From: Candidatus Heimdallarchaeota archaeon | GTDB taxonomy: Archaea; Asgardarchaeota; Heimdallarchaeia; Heimdallarchaeales; Heimdallarchaeaceae | Assembly: GCA_021399345.1 (NCBI GenBank) | Contig: JAAFKI010000053.1 | Location: 1 to 35,277 of the forward strand | Length of the DNA: 35,277 nt | Direction: 5' to 3' | Shown: positions 17,737 through 26,881 of the stretch, piece after piece | Layout of the letters: each line of letters begins with the position of its first letter | Numbering within the stretch: the first letter of the stretch is position 1 | Position numbers and translations under genes: made by a program | Notes under the pieces: model-generated | Databases searched by the model: none | Seen by the model: the letters and a program-made list of their open reading frames with translations, nothing else | Told to the model about the DNA's origin: nothing

Positions 17737-18306
17737 TTGATGAGACTTTCATCCTCTTTATCACTGGTAGCATGCTTGACGGCGTTCTTAAGTTTATTAA
17801 CACCAGTTTTCTTTGATACAGAAGGATATGCTCTTACTTGGATTGATATTCAAGAATCTCCTCCTCTATGGATTTTTATTATTGCCACTTTCATAGTAGC
17901 TGCTCATGATATCAAATGGTTTGAAGGGATGAAATTTATTCGTAAATCAGATTTCAGATTATTTAGACTTCTTTTGGTTCTTATAGCCTTTTTGATGGCT
18001 TTTGCTATGGAATTGTCTGTTAATGTTCGATTAACTCCTTACATTTTCTGGCAACAGAGTCTTTTCTTCCAATTACCTTACAAATCAACAGTTATGCTTC
18101 AGTATAATATCCTGTATTATGGTTTTCAGAAAGCAATTGTAGAGACCGTTATATTCAGAGCCAGTATAGGGTATCATTTAATTCGTCTCTGTCGATTAAT
18201 TCTGATTTTTGTATTCATCTTCACTATTCTGGAAAAAAGTCCTCGAAAATCAAGGATAACTACAGAACAAGTTTATAGGGATTATCTGGAAAAATCTCCG
18301 CCTTGA
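17737..18306 (+). CDS. Hypothetical membrane protein (~4 TM)
   Basis: 189-aa hydrophobic ORF divergent from the paralogue cluster. Confidence 0.7.
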   Translation: MMRLSSSLSLVACLTAFLSLLTPVFFDTEGYALTWIDIQESPPLWIFIIATFIVAAHDIKWFEGMKFIRKSDFRLFRLLLVLIAFLMAFAMELSVNVRLTPYIFWQQSLFFQLPYKSTVMLQYNILYYGFQKAIVETVIFRASIGYHLIRLCRLILIFVFIFTILEKSPRKSRITTEQVYRDYLEKSPP

Positions 18307-18367
18307 TGCAAATAGTTTTTATTTCAGTTAATTTCTTGGTAAACTAGCAAGAAACAATTTGATAAGC

Positions 18368-19429
18368 ATGTCCTCTCCTTTATTTGTACCATATATAGCG
18401 TTATTAGTTCTAGATGAGGCTGGAATGACTCTAAGATGCACTAATCCTATTCCTGATATCTCAAACGAAGAAATAATGGGCGTTGGAAACTTTTACAGTC
18501 CAGTAGTTTCAGCATCATCTCCTCATCTAGAAATTTATGGCCCCTTACCTATTCCGCATCATGAGAGATATCACTTGTTAATAGTTACTTTCAGAAAGAA
18601 TGATTCATTAGTTCATGATCCACGAACCAAAGATAAAAATGTACTATCTTTTTGTCAATTGCTTATTTTTTATAAAAAAGAATGTGATGAAAAGGTAAAA
18701 TTCGGTCACAGTCAAATATTTACAACTGTAGATGTTTTTCTTCAAGAATTTCAAGATGTTGCTGAGATAAGAGATGAAGAACTGCTCAAATTGAGTGAAG
18801 TGTTAATTGAAAATGTTATTCTTGATGATCAGATAAAATCTAAAAGCATTGAGGACATTGTAAGAGATATCGCTTCACGGTTTAATACAATTCAACAAAT
18901 ATCTCATTTATTAAACCGTAGAACGAAAATCGGAATAATTTCCTCTGATACATTATCATATAATTTGATTATTCAATCACTTTTCCACTTTCAGAACATA
19001 GACTTTATCTATCAGCTAGATCGAAACGAATTCATTACAAGAATTGATACTTACTTCATGAGGATAGTTTTAACTTTGCTTTTTGATCTAGAAATGATTG
19101 AAGGTATAGATTTTTTTAGAGAAATGGATTATTATGTATACATAGCTTCTTGCGAAGAAGAGGGAAGTTGTCAAAAGCATATCGATAACATAGATACCAT
19201 GTTTAAACAAGACAGTAATGCAAAAATCTTTCTTGTGACTACAGAAAGGGCAGAGCAATTATCTTTAGAGAAGAAGAAGTACTTATTTCAAGAAAGTGAA
19301 AATAGAAAAAATCTTAAACTGATGATTTCAGTCGGAGATGTATTTAGAACACTTGACAATGCAATATATCTGATCCTAAGTGATATACTGGAACTGAGAA
19401 AAATCATCCTAAGCCAAAACAAAGGATAG
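18368..19429 (+). CDS. Hypothetical protein: uDENN/longin-like N-domain plus degenerate GTPase-like C-domain
   Basis: LLVLDEAG...IYGPLP...HDPR...QLLIFY, then TKIGIIS...MDYYVYIAS...AKIFLVT. ORF open from 18359. Confidence 0.55.
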   Translation: MSSPLFVPYIALLVLDEAGMTLRCTNPIPDISNEEIMGVGNFYSPVVSASSPHLEIYGPLPIPHHERYHLLIVTFRKNDSLVHDPRTKDKNVLSFCQLLIFYKKECDEKVKFGHSQIFTTVDVFLQEFQDVAEIRDEELLKLSEVLIENVILDDQIKSKSIEDIVRDIASRFNTIQQISHLLNRRTKIGIISSDTLSYNLIIQSLFHFQNIDFIYQLDRNEFITRIDTYFMRIVLTLLFDLEMIEGIDFFREMDYYVYIASCEEEGSCQKHIDNIDTMFKQDSNAKIFLVTTERAEQLSLEKKKYLFQESENRKNLKLMISVGDVFRTLDNAIYLILSDILELRKIILSQNKG

Positions 19430-19473
19430 TATTTTCTAATCTGGACTCTCACAGCAATTAACTGTGCATTTAA

Positions 19474-19650
19474 CCACAACTAATCTTAATGGCTGACAAA
19501 GATTGGTTTACTGACCCAGAGAACTCTAGAAAACTTGCTGAGTTTCACCCAAAATCAGAAGTAGTTAGTTTTGGTGATGCTCATCGAATTATTGTGGATA
19601 ATGAAGATAACATTGTTGAAAACATTCAACGTTTCATCGAAGCAATTTAG
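19474..19650 (+). pseudogene. C-terminal remnant of an alpha/beta hydrolase
   Basis: PQLILMADKDWFTDPENSRKLAEFHPKSEVVSFGDAHRIIVDNEDNIVENIQRFIEAI* aligns with the C-terminus of the 22411-23250 protein. In-frame TAA immediately upstream. Confidence 0.75.
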
Positions 19651-19661
19651 TCTCTCTAACT

Positions 19662-20396
19662 CTAATTCCTGTTAACTCTTTTTTTCATCCAATTTTTTAT
19701 TTCTTCAAAGAGCTGGTATCGACCTGCATCTTTGGGAATGACATGACCACCTTTGTCTATCCAAACTAGAGTTTTATCAGTTGAGTTAACCTTATTGTAG
19801 ATGTATTCAACATGCTTAGAAGGAACACCTGGATCCTTCTTACTCTGAATTACAAGTATGGGTACCTCGATTTTAGGTATTGATTTTTTCACTTCTCTAA
19901 GAAGCTTGTAAAGCTGTTTAATACTTCTTATGGGGTAATACCCATAGCTTTTGTGAGTTGAGAGTGATTCCAGATCTGCCCATCCTTTTTCCCTTGTTTT
20001 ATGCTTTGGATAAATTAAGCCTAGAAAAGGGAATGCAACAATAAAGTACATTCTCCAATCTGGAGACTTATATGGTGCAGCCATTGGTATTATTCCAGCT
20101 AAATCACTATTTCTTGCACCCAATACTAAGGTAATATCTGCACCCATTGAGAGCCCGCAGATATATACTTTCTCAAATACTGCTTTAAGTTCATTTAGCT
20201 TTGCTTGTGCATAGTCTATCCATTCAGTCCAATTGGTTTCATTGAGATCTTCAAGTGATGCTTCATGTCCTGGAAGAGTGATATTTTCAACAAAGTAATG
20301 TTGTTCTCTAAGATATGTAGCTAGAGGTTCCATTTCAAAATGCGTTCCAGTAAAACCATGTATTAAAAGAAAGCTGATTGAAGAAATATCGCTCAT
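19662..20396 (-). CDS. Carboxylesterase/monoacylglycerol lipase (Est30-like alpha/beta hydrolase)
   Basis: LIHGFTG, LPGH, GLSMG nucleophile elbow, catalytic D (KDPGV) and H (GGHV). Confidence 0.92.
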   Translation of the reverse strand: MSDISSISFLLIHGFTGTHFEMEPLATYLREQHYFVENITLPGHEASLEDLNETNWTEWIDYAQAKLNELKAVFEKVYICGLSMGADITLVLGARNSDLAGIIPMAAPYKSPDWRMYFIVAFPFLGLIYPKHKTREKGWADLESLSTHKSYGYYPIRSIKQLYKLLREVKKSIPKIEVPILVIQSKKDPGVPSKHVEYIYNKVNSTDKTLVWIDKGGHVIPKDAGRYQLFEEIKNWMKKRVNRN

Positions 20397-20499
20397 AAAA
20401 AAATAAACAATACTTGATTAATAAAAATTGTTACTCATTTTGAATTTGTATTTATTAGAAAGTAGAAAAACTCAAGAACAAGGAAGAAAATTAACTATT

Positions 20500-21114
20500 G
20501 TGATAGACCCTAGAATTTTCTGGACCTTAATAGGTATTTTTTCCTTTCTAGTTTTCATAAAAGCTATTATTACAATATCCCGTGGAATAAGATATGAATA
20601 TTTGCAAGTTTCAGGTTTTGCTCTACTTATATTATCTTTAACCCTAACTGGTTCATATTCTTATAATTACTATGTAGGAAATGAAGAAATCGTCTACTTA
20701 TCATTGAGTTTAACCTTAGCCCTTCTTTCAGTGGTCCTCATTTTAGCAGGTACTCTATCTTCTAGACGACGATGGATTAGACGAAGAGGGACAGAAAATC
20801 TGAATAGATTCACTAATCTCCTTATCTTTGCTTACATCCGAAATCCAGTATCTTTAGGTCTGATGCTTATTTCAATATCGATGATATTCTATATTCATTC
20901 ATTGTTATCGAATTTACTTGCAGGTTTTGCTTTTTTGGTTTTCATGTTTTCATCGTTTGAAAAAGACACTTTTTTCAAAGAACTGTATGGATATCCATAC
21001 AAAGTATATTCCAAAACAGTTCCAAGATTCAACTTTGTTCATGGAATGATTAAAGCGATTATTGTGAACAAAAAAACTCAAGATGAGAATAGAGGCAACC
21101 TCTTAGATTCGTAA
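20500..21114 (+). CDS. ICMT/PEMT (isoprenylcysteine carboxyl methyltransferase)-like membrane protein, divergent
   Basis: FAYIRNP...LG and FKELYGYPYKVYSKTVPRF. ORF open from 20428; GTG at 20500 is the more plausible start. Confidence 0.7.
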   Translation: MIDPRIFWTLIGIFSFLVFIKAIITISRGIRYEYLQVSGFALLILSLTLTGSYSYNYYVGNEEIVYLSLSLTLALLSVVLILAGTLSSRRRWIRRRGTENLNRFTNLLIFAYIRNPVSLGLMLISISMIFYIHSLLSNLLAGFAFLVFMFSSFEKDTFFKELYGYPYKVYSKTVPRFNFVHGMIKAIIVNKKTQDENRGNLLDS

Positions 21115-21141
21115 GAAGTGGTAATTTGGGCTATTCTTAAT

Positions 21142-21594
21142 TTACTTAATTATATCTGTGAGTATAGCTGGACATATGTCGGTTATCCCCTCAATTGATT
21201 CTATTTTGGACATAAAAGAAGCTAATTCATCATCATCTTCAAACCAACACTCAAGCAAAATCATATGATCGCCATTTGAGGAATAAATTCTTAAAATATC
21301 TGTATCTCGTTTCAGTTTTTGGATAGTAGATATATATCTTTGTGGTGTTGTATCAATACCTATTATAGCCTTAATTCCATATCCAAGCTTTCTAGGATTT
21401 ATTTCAACTGTGTAACCCTGTATAATACCTTCGTTTTCCATACGTTTAACTCGTTTTCGTATAGCTGTTTCAGTAACCTCTAAATCTTTAGCAATTTCAA
21501 CAAAAGTTCTTCTTCCATTGCCCATAAGAATCTTGATAATATCTGCATCTGTAATCTTATTTTTGAGATTTGTATGGTTTGTTAATCGAACCAT
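21142..21594 (-). CDS. Lrp/AsnC family transcriptional regulator (LrpA-like)
   Basis: [29 protein letters not shown]; RAM domain GDHM...ICPAI. ATG at 21594. Confidence 0.93.
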   Translation of the reverse strand: MVRLTNHTNLKNKITDADIIKILMGNGRRTFVEIAKDLEVTETAIRKRVKRMENEGIIQGYTVEINPRKLGYGIKAIIGIDTTPQRYISTIQKLKRDTDILRIYSSNGDHMILLECWFEDDDELASFMSKIESIEGITDICPAILTDIIK

Positions 21595-21635
21595 GATGAT
21601 TTGATATTCAGAAATATTTATAAAAAGATATTTCT
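21574..21635. promoter_or_regulatory. Divergent lrp/prx promoter with inverted repeats
   Basis: AGAAATAT-ttataaaaag-ATATTTCT (21610-21635) brackets a TATA box; ATGGTTTG-ttaat-CGAACCAT (21574-21594) covers the lrp start. Confidence 0.5.
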
Positions 21636-21654
21636 TCAACAAAATGGCGATAAA

Positions 21655-22323
21655 ATGTCACTTAAAGAGTATGAAGAAACTGGAAAAATCCCACTAATTA
21701 ATACACGATTTCCTAAAATGGTTGTAAATACAACCCATGGTATGAAAAAATTACCAGGTGATTATGAAGGTAAATGGCTTATTCTTTTCAGCCATCCAGC
21801 TGATTACACACCTGTATGTACCACAGAATTTGTTTCTTTTCAGAAACATTTTGATGAATTTCAAACAATGAATGTTGAACTACTAGGTTTAAGCATTGAT
21901 CAAGTGTATAGTCACATTAAATGGGTAGATTGGATTAAAGAAAATCTGGATGTAGAAATTAAATTCCCTATAATTGCAGATCATGGGGAAGTGGCAAGGC
22001 AATTAGGAATGTTACATGCAAAAGGTAGTAGCACAGTACGTGCTGTTTTCATTATAGATCCTAAGATGATTATTAGAGCAATACTTTACTATCCTTCAGA
22101 ACTTGGACGAAATATGGACGAAATAGTTCGTATGATTAAAGGATTGAAAGTTGCATCTAAGCATAACGTAGCTCTTCCCGCTAACTGGCCTCATAACGAA
22201 CTTTTTGGGGATGATGTTATTGTTCCTCCAGCTGGTGATGTAGAAACAGCTAAGAAAAGATTGGAAGATAATTCTATAACCTGTCTTGATTGGTGGCTCT
22301 GCCATAAAAAGAATCCTGAATAG
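21655..22323 (+). CDS. Peroxiredoxin (Prx6/archaeal type)
   Basis: [32 protein letters not shown] at 21655. Confidence 0.96.
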   Translation: MSLKEYEETGKIPLINTRFPKMVVNTTHGMKKLPGDYEGKWLILFSHPADYTPVCTTEFVSFQKHFDEFQTMNVELLGLSIDQVYSHIKWVDWIKENLDVEIKFPIIADHGEVARQLGMLHAKGSSTVRAVFIIDPKMIIRAILYYPSELGRNMDEIVRMIKGLKVASKHNVALPANWPHNELFGDDVIVPPAGDVETAKKRLEDNSITCLDWWLCHKKNPE

Positions 22324-22330
22324 ACAATCT

Positions 22331-22351
22331 ATTCTTTTTTTCTTCTTTTTT
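22331..22351 (+). terminator. Oligo-T archaeal terminator after prx
   Basis: TTCTTTTTTTCTTCTTTTTT directly downstream of the stop codon. Confidence 0.5.
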
Positions 22352-22410
22352 GAGAAGAAACTAATTTTTCTTAAGGAAACTCATATAATTCCCTAGTATA
22401 TTTTACACTC

Positions 22411-23250
22411 ATGACTAAAATAGAATACATTCAAACCAAAGATGATCCAAAGATTGAAGTGCGAGTGGCAAAATTCTATACAAAAAATGAGAAATATAAA
22501 TCTCGTCATATAATAATTATTCCAGGTTGGTTAAGCACAATTGATGAATTTAATAAATTAGCTATAAATCTTTCAAATTTTGGTAATATCTATATCTATG
22601 AGCCAAGAGGTTCTGGGAAATATAAAACACCTCATAAAAAGGGATTTTTCACTCCCGATGAATATAATGAAGAGTTAGGAACCATAATTAAAGCTCTCAA
22701 TTTAAATAAGAAAGAGTTTATTCTTTTTGGAAGCTGTTCAGGGGCCTCTCAAGTATTCAATTACTATATAAATGAAAATGGTCTAAAACCAGATTTGATT
22801 GCTGCAATTAGCCCTCAGGAAAAATATAAAACTCCTTTCTGGTTACCCGCTTTAGGTTTGTTGCCCTCCTTTATTATGGGTTTTTTCCAAAAAATGATTA
22901 TTTTCTTCATGAATTTAATGCTGAAATTCAAAAAACCAGAAGAAACACAAAATGTAAGATGGGCTGCAAAGCAGCTGAAAGAGAATGATGCATGGTGTCT
23001 TCGAAGATATGTATTTGAGTTTGTAATCAACTATTCTGTTCAAGGAAGACTAAATGAAATAGATATTCCAATGCTAATGTTTGTGGGAGAAGAGGATTAT
23101 TTCGTTGATCCTGAAACTTCAAAGAAGTTCCTAAATAATGAGAACTCAAAAATTATTGAATTAAAAGCTGATTTCCATAGAATACAAATGGGTAATGAAG
23201 AAATAATGGCTGAGAAATTTAACGAATTTCTTCAAGAACTAGGTAGATAG
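22411..23250 (+). CDS. Alpha/beta hydrolase with G-S-C-S-G nucleophile elbow
   Basis: IIPGW, YEPRGSG, FGSCSG, GEED, FHRI. Confidence 0.85.
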   Translation: MTKIEYIQTKDDPKIEVRVAKFYTKNEKYKSRHIIIIPGWLSTIDEFNKLAINLSNFGNIYIYEPRGSGKYKTPHKKGFFTPDEYNEELGTIIKALNLNKKEFILFGSCSGASQVFNYYINENGLKPDLIAAISPQEKYKTPFWLPALGLLPSFIMGFFQKMIIFFMNLMLKFKKPEETQNVRWAAKQLKENDAWCLRRYVFEFVINYSVQGRLNEIDIPMLMFVGEEDYFVDPETSKKFLNNENSKIIELKADFHRIQMGNEEIMAEKFNEFLQELGR

Positions 23251-23266
23251 TATATTTTTCGAAGCT

Positions 23267-24130
23267 TTATTCTAAAGAAGGAAGTAAGGAAACAATAATT
23301 GTACCCATTCCAGTGTTACTTCCTATAATAGGGGATGCAGAAGTTATGAAATCTCTATTAATATTTCTAGCTTTCTTTAGTTTTTCTGAGATAAATAGAG
23401 CCCCTTTAAAATTCTCAACATGAGAAATCACTAAATCATACTTGATGTTCTCGTCTGTTCCTTTTATTGCAAGTTTCAGTAATTTCCTCAGCATGGCTTT
23501 CTTACTGAAAAATACAGGTATTGTTGATACTAGTTTTCCTGGTCTCTCCATTTGAGCAATGGGTTTAACACCTATTATTTTAGTTAAGTAAAGAATTGAT
23601 TTTGATTTAATTCTTCCTGATTTATAGACGTTATCTAAGGTGTGAAACCCAACATTAAGATAATATTTCTTCTTCAGGTTCTCGATGGTTTTTATTATTT
23701 CTTCTATATTTTTACCCCTTTGAGCTAATTCGGAGATATAAAGCGCCATTAAACCTTGAACACCAGAAGCTGATTCTGTATTAATAACGGTTGTTTTATC
23801 TTCAAACTTTTTAGTTGCAAGTCTATATGCAGAAAATGTTGAACTGCTAAGCTCCTGTGCAACAGAGACACAGATAACATGGTCAAAATTTCCCTTTGCA
23901 AGACTCTCTTCAATTAATTTTAGAAAATCTGATGCTTCTGGATTCGCAGATGATGGAAGGAACTTAGAATCTTTCAGACGCAGATAAAAATCTTCTATTG
24001 AGATATCGACTCCAAGTTTCCATGGTTTTTCTTCGAAGAATACTACATGTGGAACAGATGATATTTGGTACTTTTCCTTTAACTCATTTGGCAAATCTGC
24101 TGCGGAATCTGTTAATACTTTTATTTTCAA
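23267..24130 (-). CDS. DegV (FakB-like) fatty-acid-binding protein
   Basis: LTDSAADLP, SGRI, GVKPI, ISHV, SPIIGSNTG. Confidence 0.92.
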   Translation of the reverse strand: MKIKVLTDSAADLPNELKEKYQISSVPHVVFFEEKPWKLGVDISIEDFYLRLKDSKFLPSSANPEASDFLKLIEESLAKGNFDHVICVSVAQELSSSTFSAYRLATKKFEDKTTVINTESASGVQGLMALYISELAQRGKNIEEIIKTIENLKKKYYLNVGFHTLDNVYKSGRIKSKSILYLTKIIGVKPIAQMERPGKLVSTIPVFFSKKAMLRKLLKLAIKGTDENIKYDLVISHVENFKGALFISEKLKKARNINRDFITSASPIIGSNTGMGTIIVSLLPSLE

Positions 24131-24242
24131 TTAGCTCATTTTAGAATTAAATACTAGTGTAAAAAACCTTTTGGGATAATTAAATCCATAATATGATAGA
24201 TAGAATTCTGAAAATTTATAATGGAGGAGGAGAAATAAAAGA

Positions 24243-26009
24243 ATGTTCGCAATGAAAACTAAGGAAATTATTGATAGTGCTATGGCTAAAACAAAGGCCG
24301 ATATAATCTTACGCGGGGGGAAATATGTTAATGTGTTTACTAGAGAACTTCTTGATGGTGATATCGTTATCACAAGAGGAAAAATAGTTCATGTAGGTCT
24401 TCAAACTGATGAATTTGAGGATGAGAATACAAACATTTTAGATGTAAATGGAAAAATTATTTGTCCCGGTTTGATAGAATCACACATACATATAGAATCT
24501 TCTATGCTAACTTTAACTGAATTTACTAAACTAGTAATAACTCATGGAACAACAGCTGCTGTCATAGATCCTCATGAAATTGCAAATGTTACAGGAGTAG
24601 AAGGAATAAATGTTTTACTGGATGAAGTTAAACAGCAGAAAATCAGATATTTTGTTGAAGCTCCTTCTTGTGTGCCATCTCTTCCTGGATTTGAAACTTC
24701 TGGTAGTGAAATAACCGCAAAAGATATTGAAGAGTTAATGAATAGAGATGAGATTTTTGCTTTAGCTGAAATGATGAATTATCCTGGAGTTTATCTTGGT
24801 TTTGATGAAGTTATTGGTAAAATTGAAGCAGCAAAGAAAGCTAATAAAATGATAGAAGGTCACGCTCCTCTGCTTTCAGGAAAGGAACTTCAAGCTTACA
24901 TAGCATCTGGAATATGTTCAGATCATGAAGCATCATCAATTGATGAAGCTTTAGAAAAACTTCGTCTAGGGATGAAACTTCAAATTAGAGAGGGTTCATT
25001 TGCTAAAGATTTGGTTAATATAATTTCCGAATTAAAAGATTATAAAATAGATACTCGAAATATTCTAATTTCATCTGATGATAGAAATCCAATAGATTTA
25101 CTACAAAAAGGCCATCTTGATTATACTTATCGCCTTCTAATTAATACGGGAATTGATCCTTTGGAAGCTATTCAGATGCTAACAATAAATCCTGCTAGTC
25201 ATCTTAAAGTAGATGATGAAATTGGTAGTTTGGGACCTGGAAAGAATGCAGACCTGATTGTGGTAGATAATTTACAAGAATTCAATGTTGAACTAGTGCT
25301 AATTGCTGGGAAAATTGTGGTAGAAGATGGAAAAATTGATTTTGATTTTGAAAAACCCAGTTACCCAAATTTCATTCTAGACACACTAACAAAACTTCAA
25401 GTTCCAGAAATCGACGATTTAAAACTAAAAATAGCTGATGTAAAAACTGTTAATGTGAAAGTAATTTCTTTAAATGAACACTCCTTAATAACAGACCAAA
25501 AAAAGCACACTTTGAAAGTTGAAAATGGTGTAATTCTTCCTGACTTAGAAAATGACATTTTACCTATCGTTGTTATAAACAGACACTCTGCTGAGCAAAA
25601 AATCGGTAAAGGTTATGTTAAAGGATTGGGAATTAAAGGAGGTGCTATAGCTAGTACTGTTGCACATGATTGTCATCAATTAATATGTGTAGGAACAGAC
25701 TATCCATCTATGTTGAAAGCTATTAAAGCTATTAAAGAATCAAAAGGTGGACAAGTGGTTGTCTTTAAGGATAAAGTAACCATTCTTCCTTTAGAATTTG
25801 CTGGAATAATGAGTACCAAACCTTTTGAGGAAGTTGTTTCAAAGACTCAACGGTTGCACGAATCTTTAGAGGATTTGAAAACAACGATTTCTGAGCCATT
25901 TATGGCACTGGCATTTGTATCCTTGCCAGTAATTCCACATTTAAAAATTACAGATCATGGGTTGATAGATGTAGATACAATGACCAAAGTTTCAGTAATT
26001 GAAGATTAA
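24243..26009 (+). CDS. ade: Adenine deaminase
   Basis: HIHIESS, DPHEIANV, EMMNYPGV, GHAP, DHE, REGS, SDD, VAHDCH. Confidence 0.96.
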   Translation: MFAMKTKEIIDSAMAKTKADIILRGGKYVNVFTRELLDGDIVITRGKIVHVGLQTDEFEDENTNILDVNGKIICPGLIESHIHIESSMLTLTEFTKLVITHGTTAAVIDPHEIANVTGVEGINVLLDEVKQQKIRYFVEAPSCVPSLPGFETSGSEITAKDIEELMNRDEIFALAEMMNYPGVYLGFDEVIGKIEAAKKANKMIEGHAPLLSGKELQAYIASGICSDHEASSIDEALEKLRLGMKLQIREGSFAKDLVNIISELKDYKIDTRNILISSDDRNPIDLLQKGHLDYTYRLLINTGIDPLEAIQMLTINPASHLKVDDEIGSLGPGKNADLIVVDNLQEFNVELVLIAGKIVVEDGKIDFDFEKPSYPNFILDTLTKLQVPEIDDLKLKIADVKTVNVKVISLNEHSLITDQKKHTLKVENGVILPDLENDILPIVVINRHSAEQKIGKGYVKGLGIKGGAIASTVAHDCHQLICVGTDYPSMLKAIKAIKESKGGQVVVFKDKVTILPLEFAGIMSTKPFEEVVSKTQRLHESLEDLKTTISEPFMALAFVSLPVIPHLKITDHGLIDVDTMTKVSVIED

Positions 26010-26062
26010 ATCTTTAAATTCCCATTCATAACATTTTTAATTTCTCTGAATTTATTTGATTC

Positions 26063-26782
26063 ATGACAGAATTACTTTTCCAACGAGATTCTTATCTAAA
26101 AGAATTTGAAGCAAAAATCATTGAAATCATAGAGGATTCAGTAATATTAGATAAAACAGCCTTTGCTCCAAAAGGTGGTGGGTTGACTTCAGATCTTGGG
26201 ACTTTATCATTTGATGATGGAAAGCAATTGGATGTTATTGAAGTTACATCCAAAGGTGGGAAAATTTATCACAAGCTTTCAGCAAATCCAGATAGCAAAT
26301 ATAGCGGAACATCAGTAAAGGGCATTATAGATTGGGAGAGAAGATACAAACAGATGAGGTTACATACAGTTTTACATTCAATTTCTGGCATTCTGTACAA
26401 AAAATATGGTACTACTGTTACAGGCGGTAATATTACTCCTGAGAAGAGTAGAGTAGATTTTGATATTGATCATCTAAGACAAGAACGAATTCAAGAAATT
26501 GAAACTACTGTGAAGAAGATAATAGAGGGTGATCATAAAGTTTCTGTATCATTCTTAGACAGAGAAGAAGCTCTGAAAGACCCAGACTTAATCAGAACAA
26601 AAGTTAATCTAATTCCTGAGAATGTGAAGATATTACGAATTGTAGATATAGAAAATATTGATCGCCAAGCTGATGGGGGAGTTCATGTGAAAAGTACAAA
26701 GGAAATAGGTTCATTTGTTCCTTTGAAAACTGAAAATAGAGGAAAGGACAAGAAGCGATTATACTTCACAGTTAAACCCTGA
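26063..26782 (+). CDS. alaX: Alanyl-tRNA editing protein AlaX (AlaX-M)
   Basis: DSYLKEF, LDKTAF.PKGGG, MRLHTVLH, QADGGVHV. Confidence 0.93.
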   Translation: MTELLFQRDSYLKEFEAKIIEIIEDSVILDKTAFAPKGGGLTSDLGTLSFDDGKQLDVIEVTSKGGKIYHKLSANPDSKYSGTSVKGIIDWERRYKQMRLHTVLHSISGILYKKYGTTVTGGNITPEKSRVDFDIDHLRQERIQEIETTVKKIIEGDHKVSVSFLDREEALKDPDLIRTKVNLIPENVKILRIVDIENIDRQADGGVHVKSTKEIGSFVPLKTENRGKDKKRLYFTVKP

Positions 26783-26881
26783 TTATTTTTTCTAATATTT
26801 TTTTCTGTAGGATTAACCAATAAAGTTAATAATGTGTCCTATTCACGATAAACAAATATACTAGTAAATTAAGTGATATTT

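Noticed and set aside
21595-21654. Overlapping N-terminal extensions of lrp and prx given by the ORF track
   Set aside because: ATGs at 21594 and 21655 match family starts and leave a promoter between the genes.
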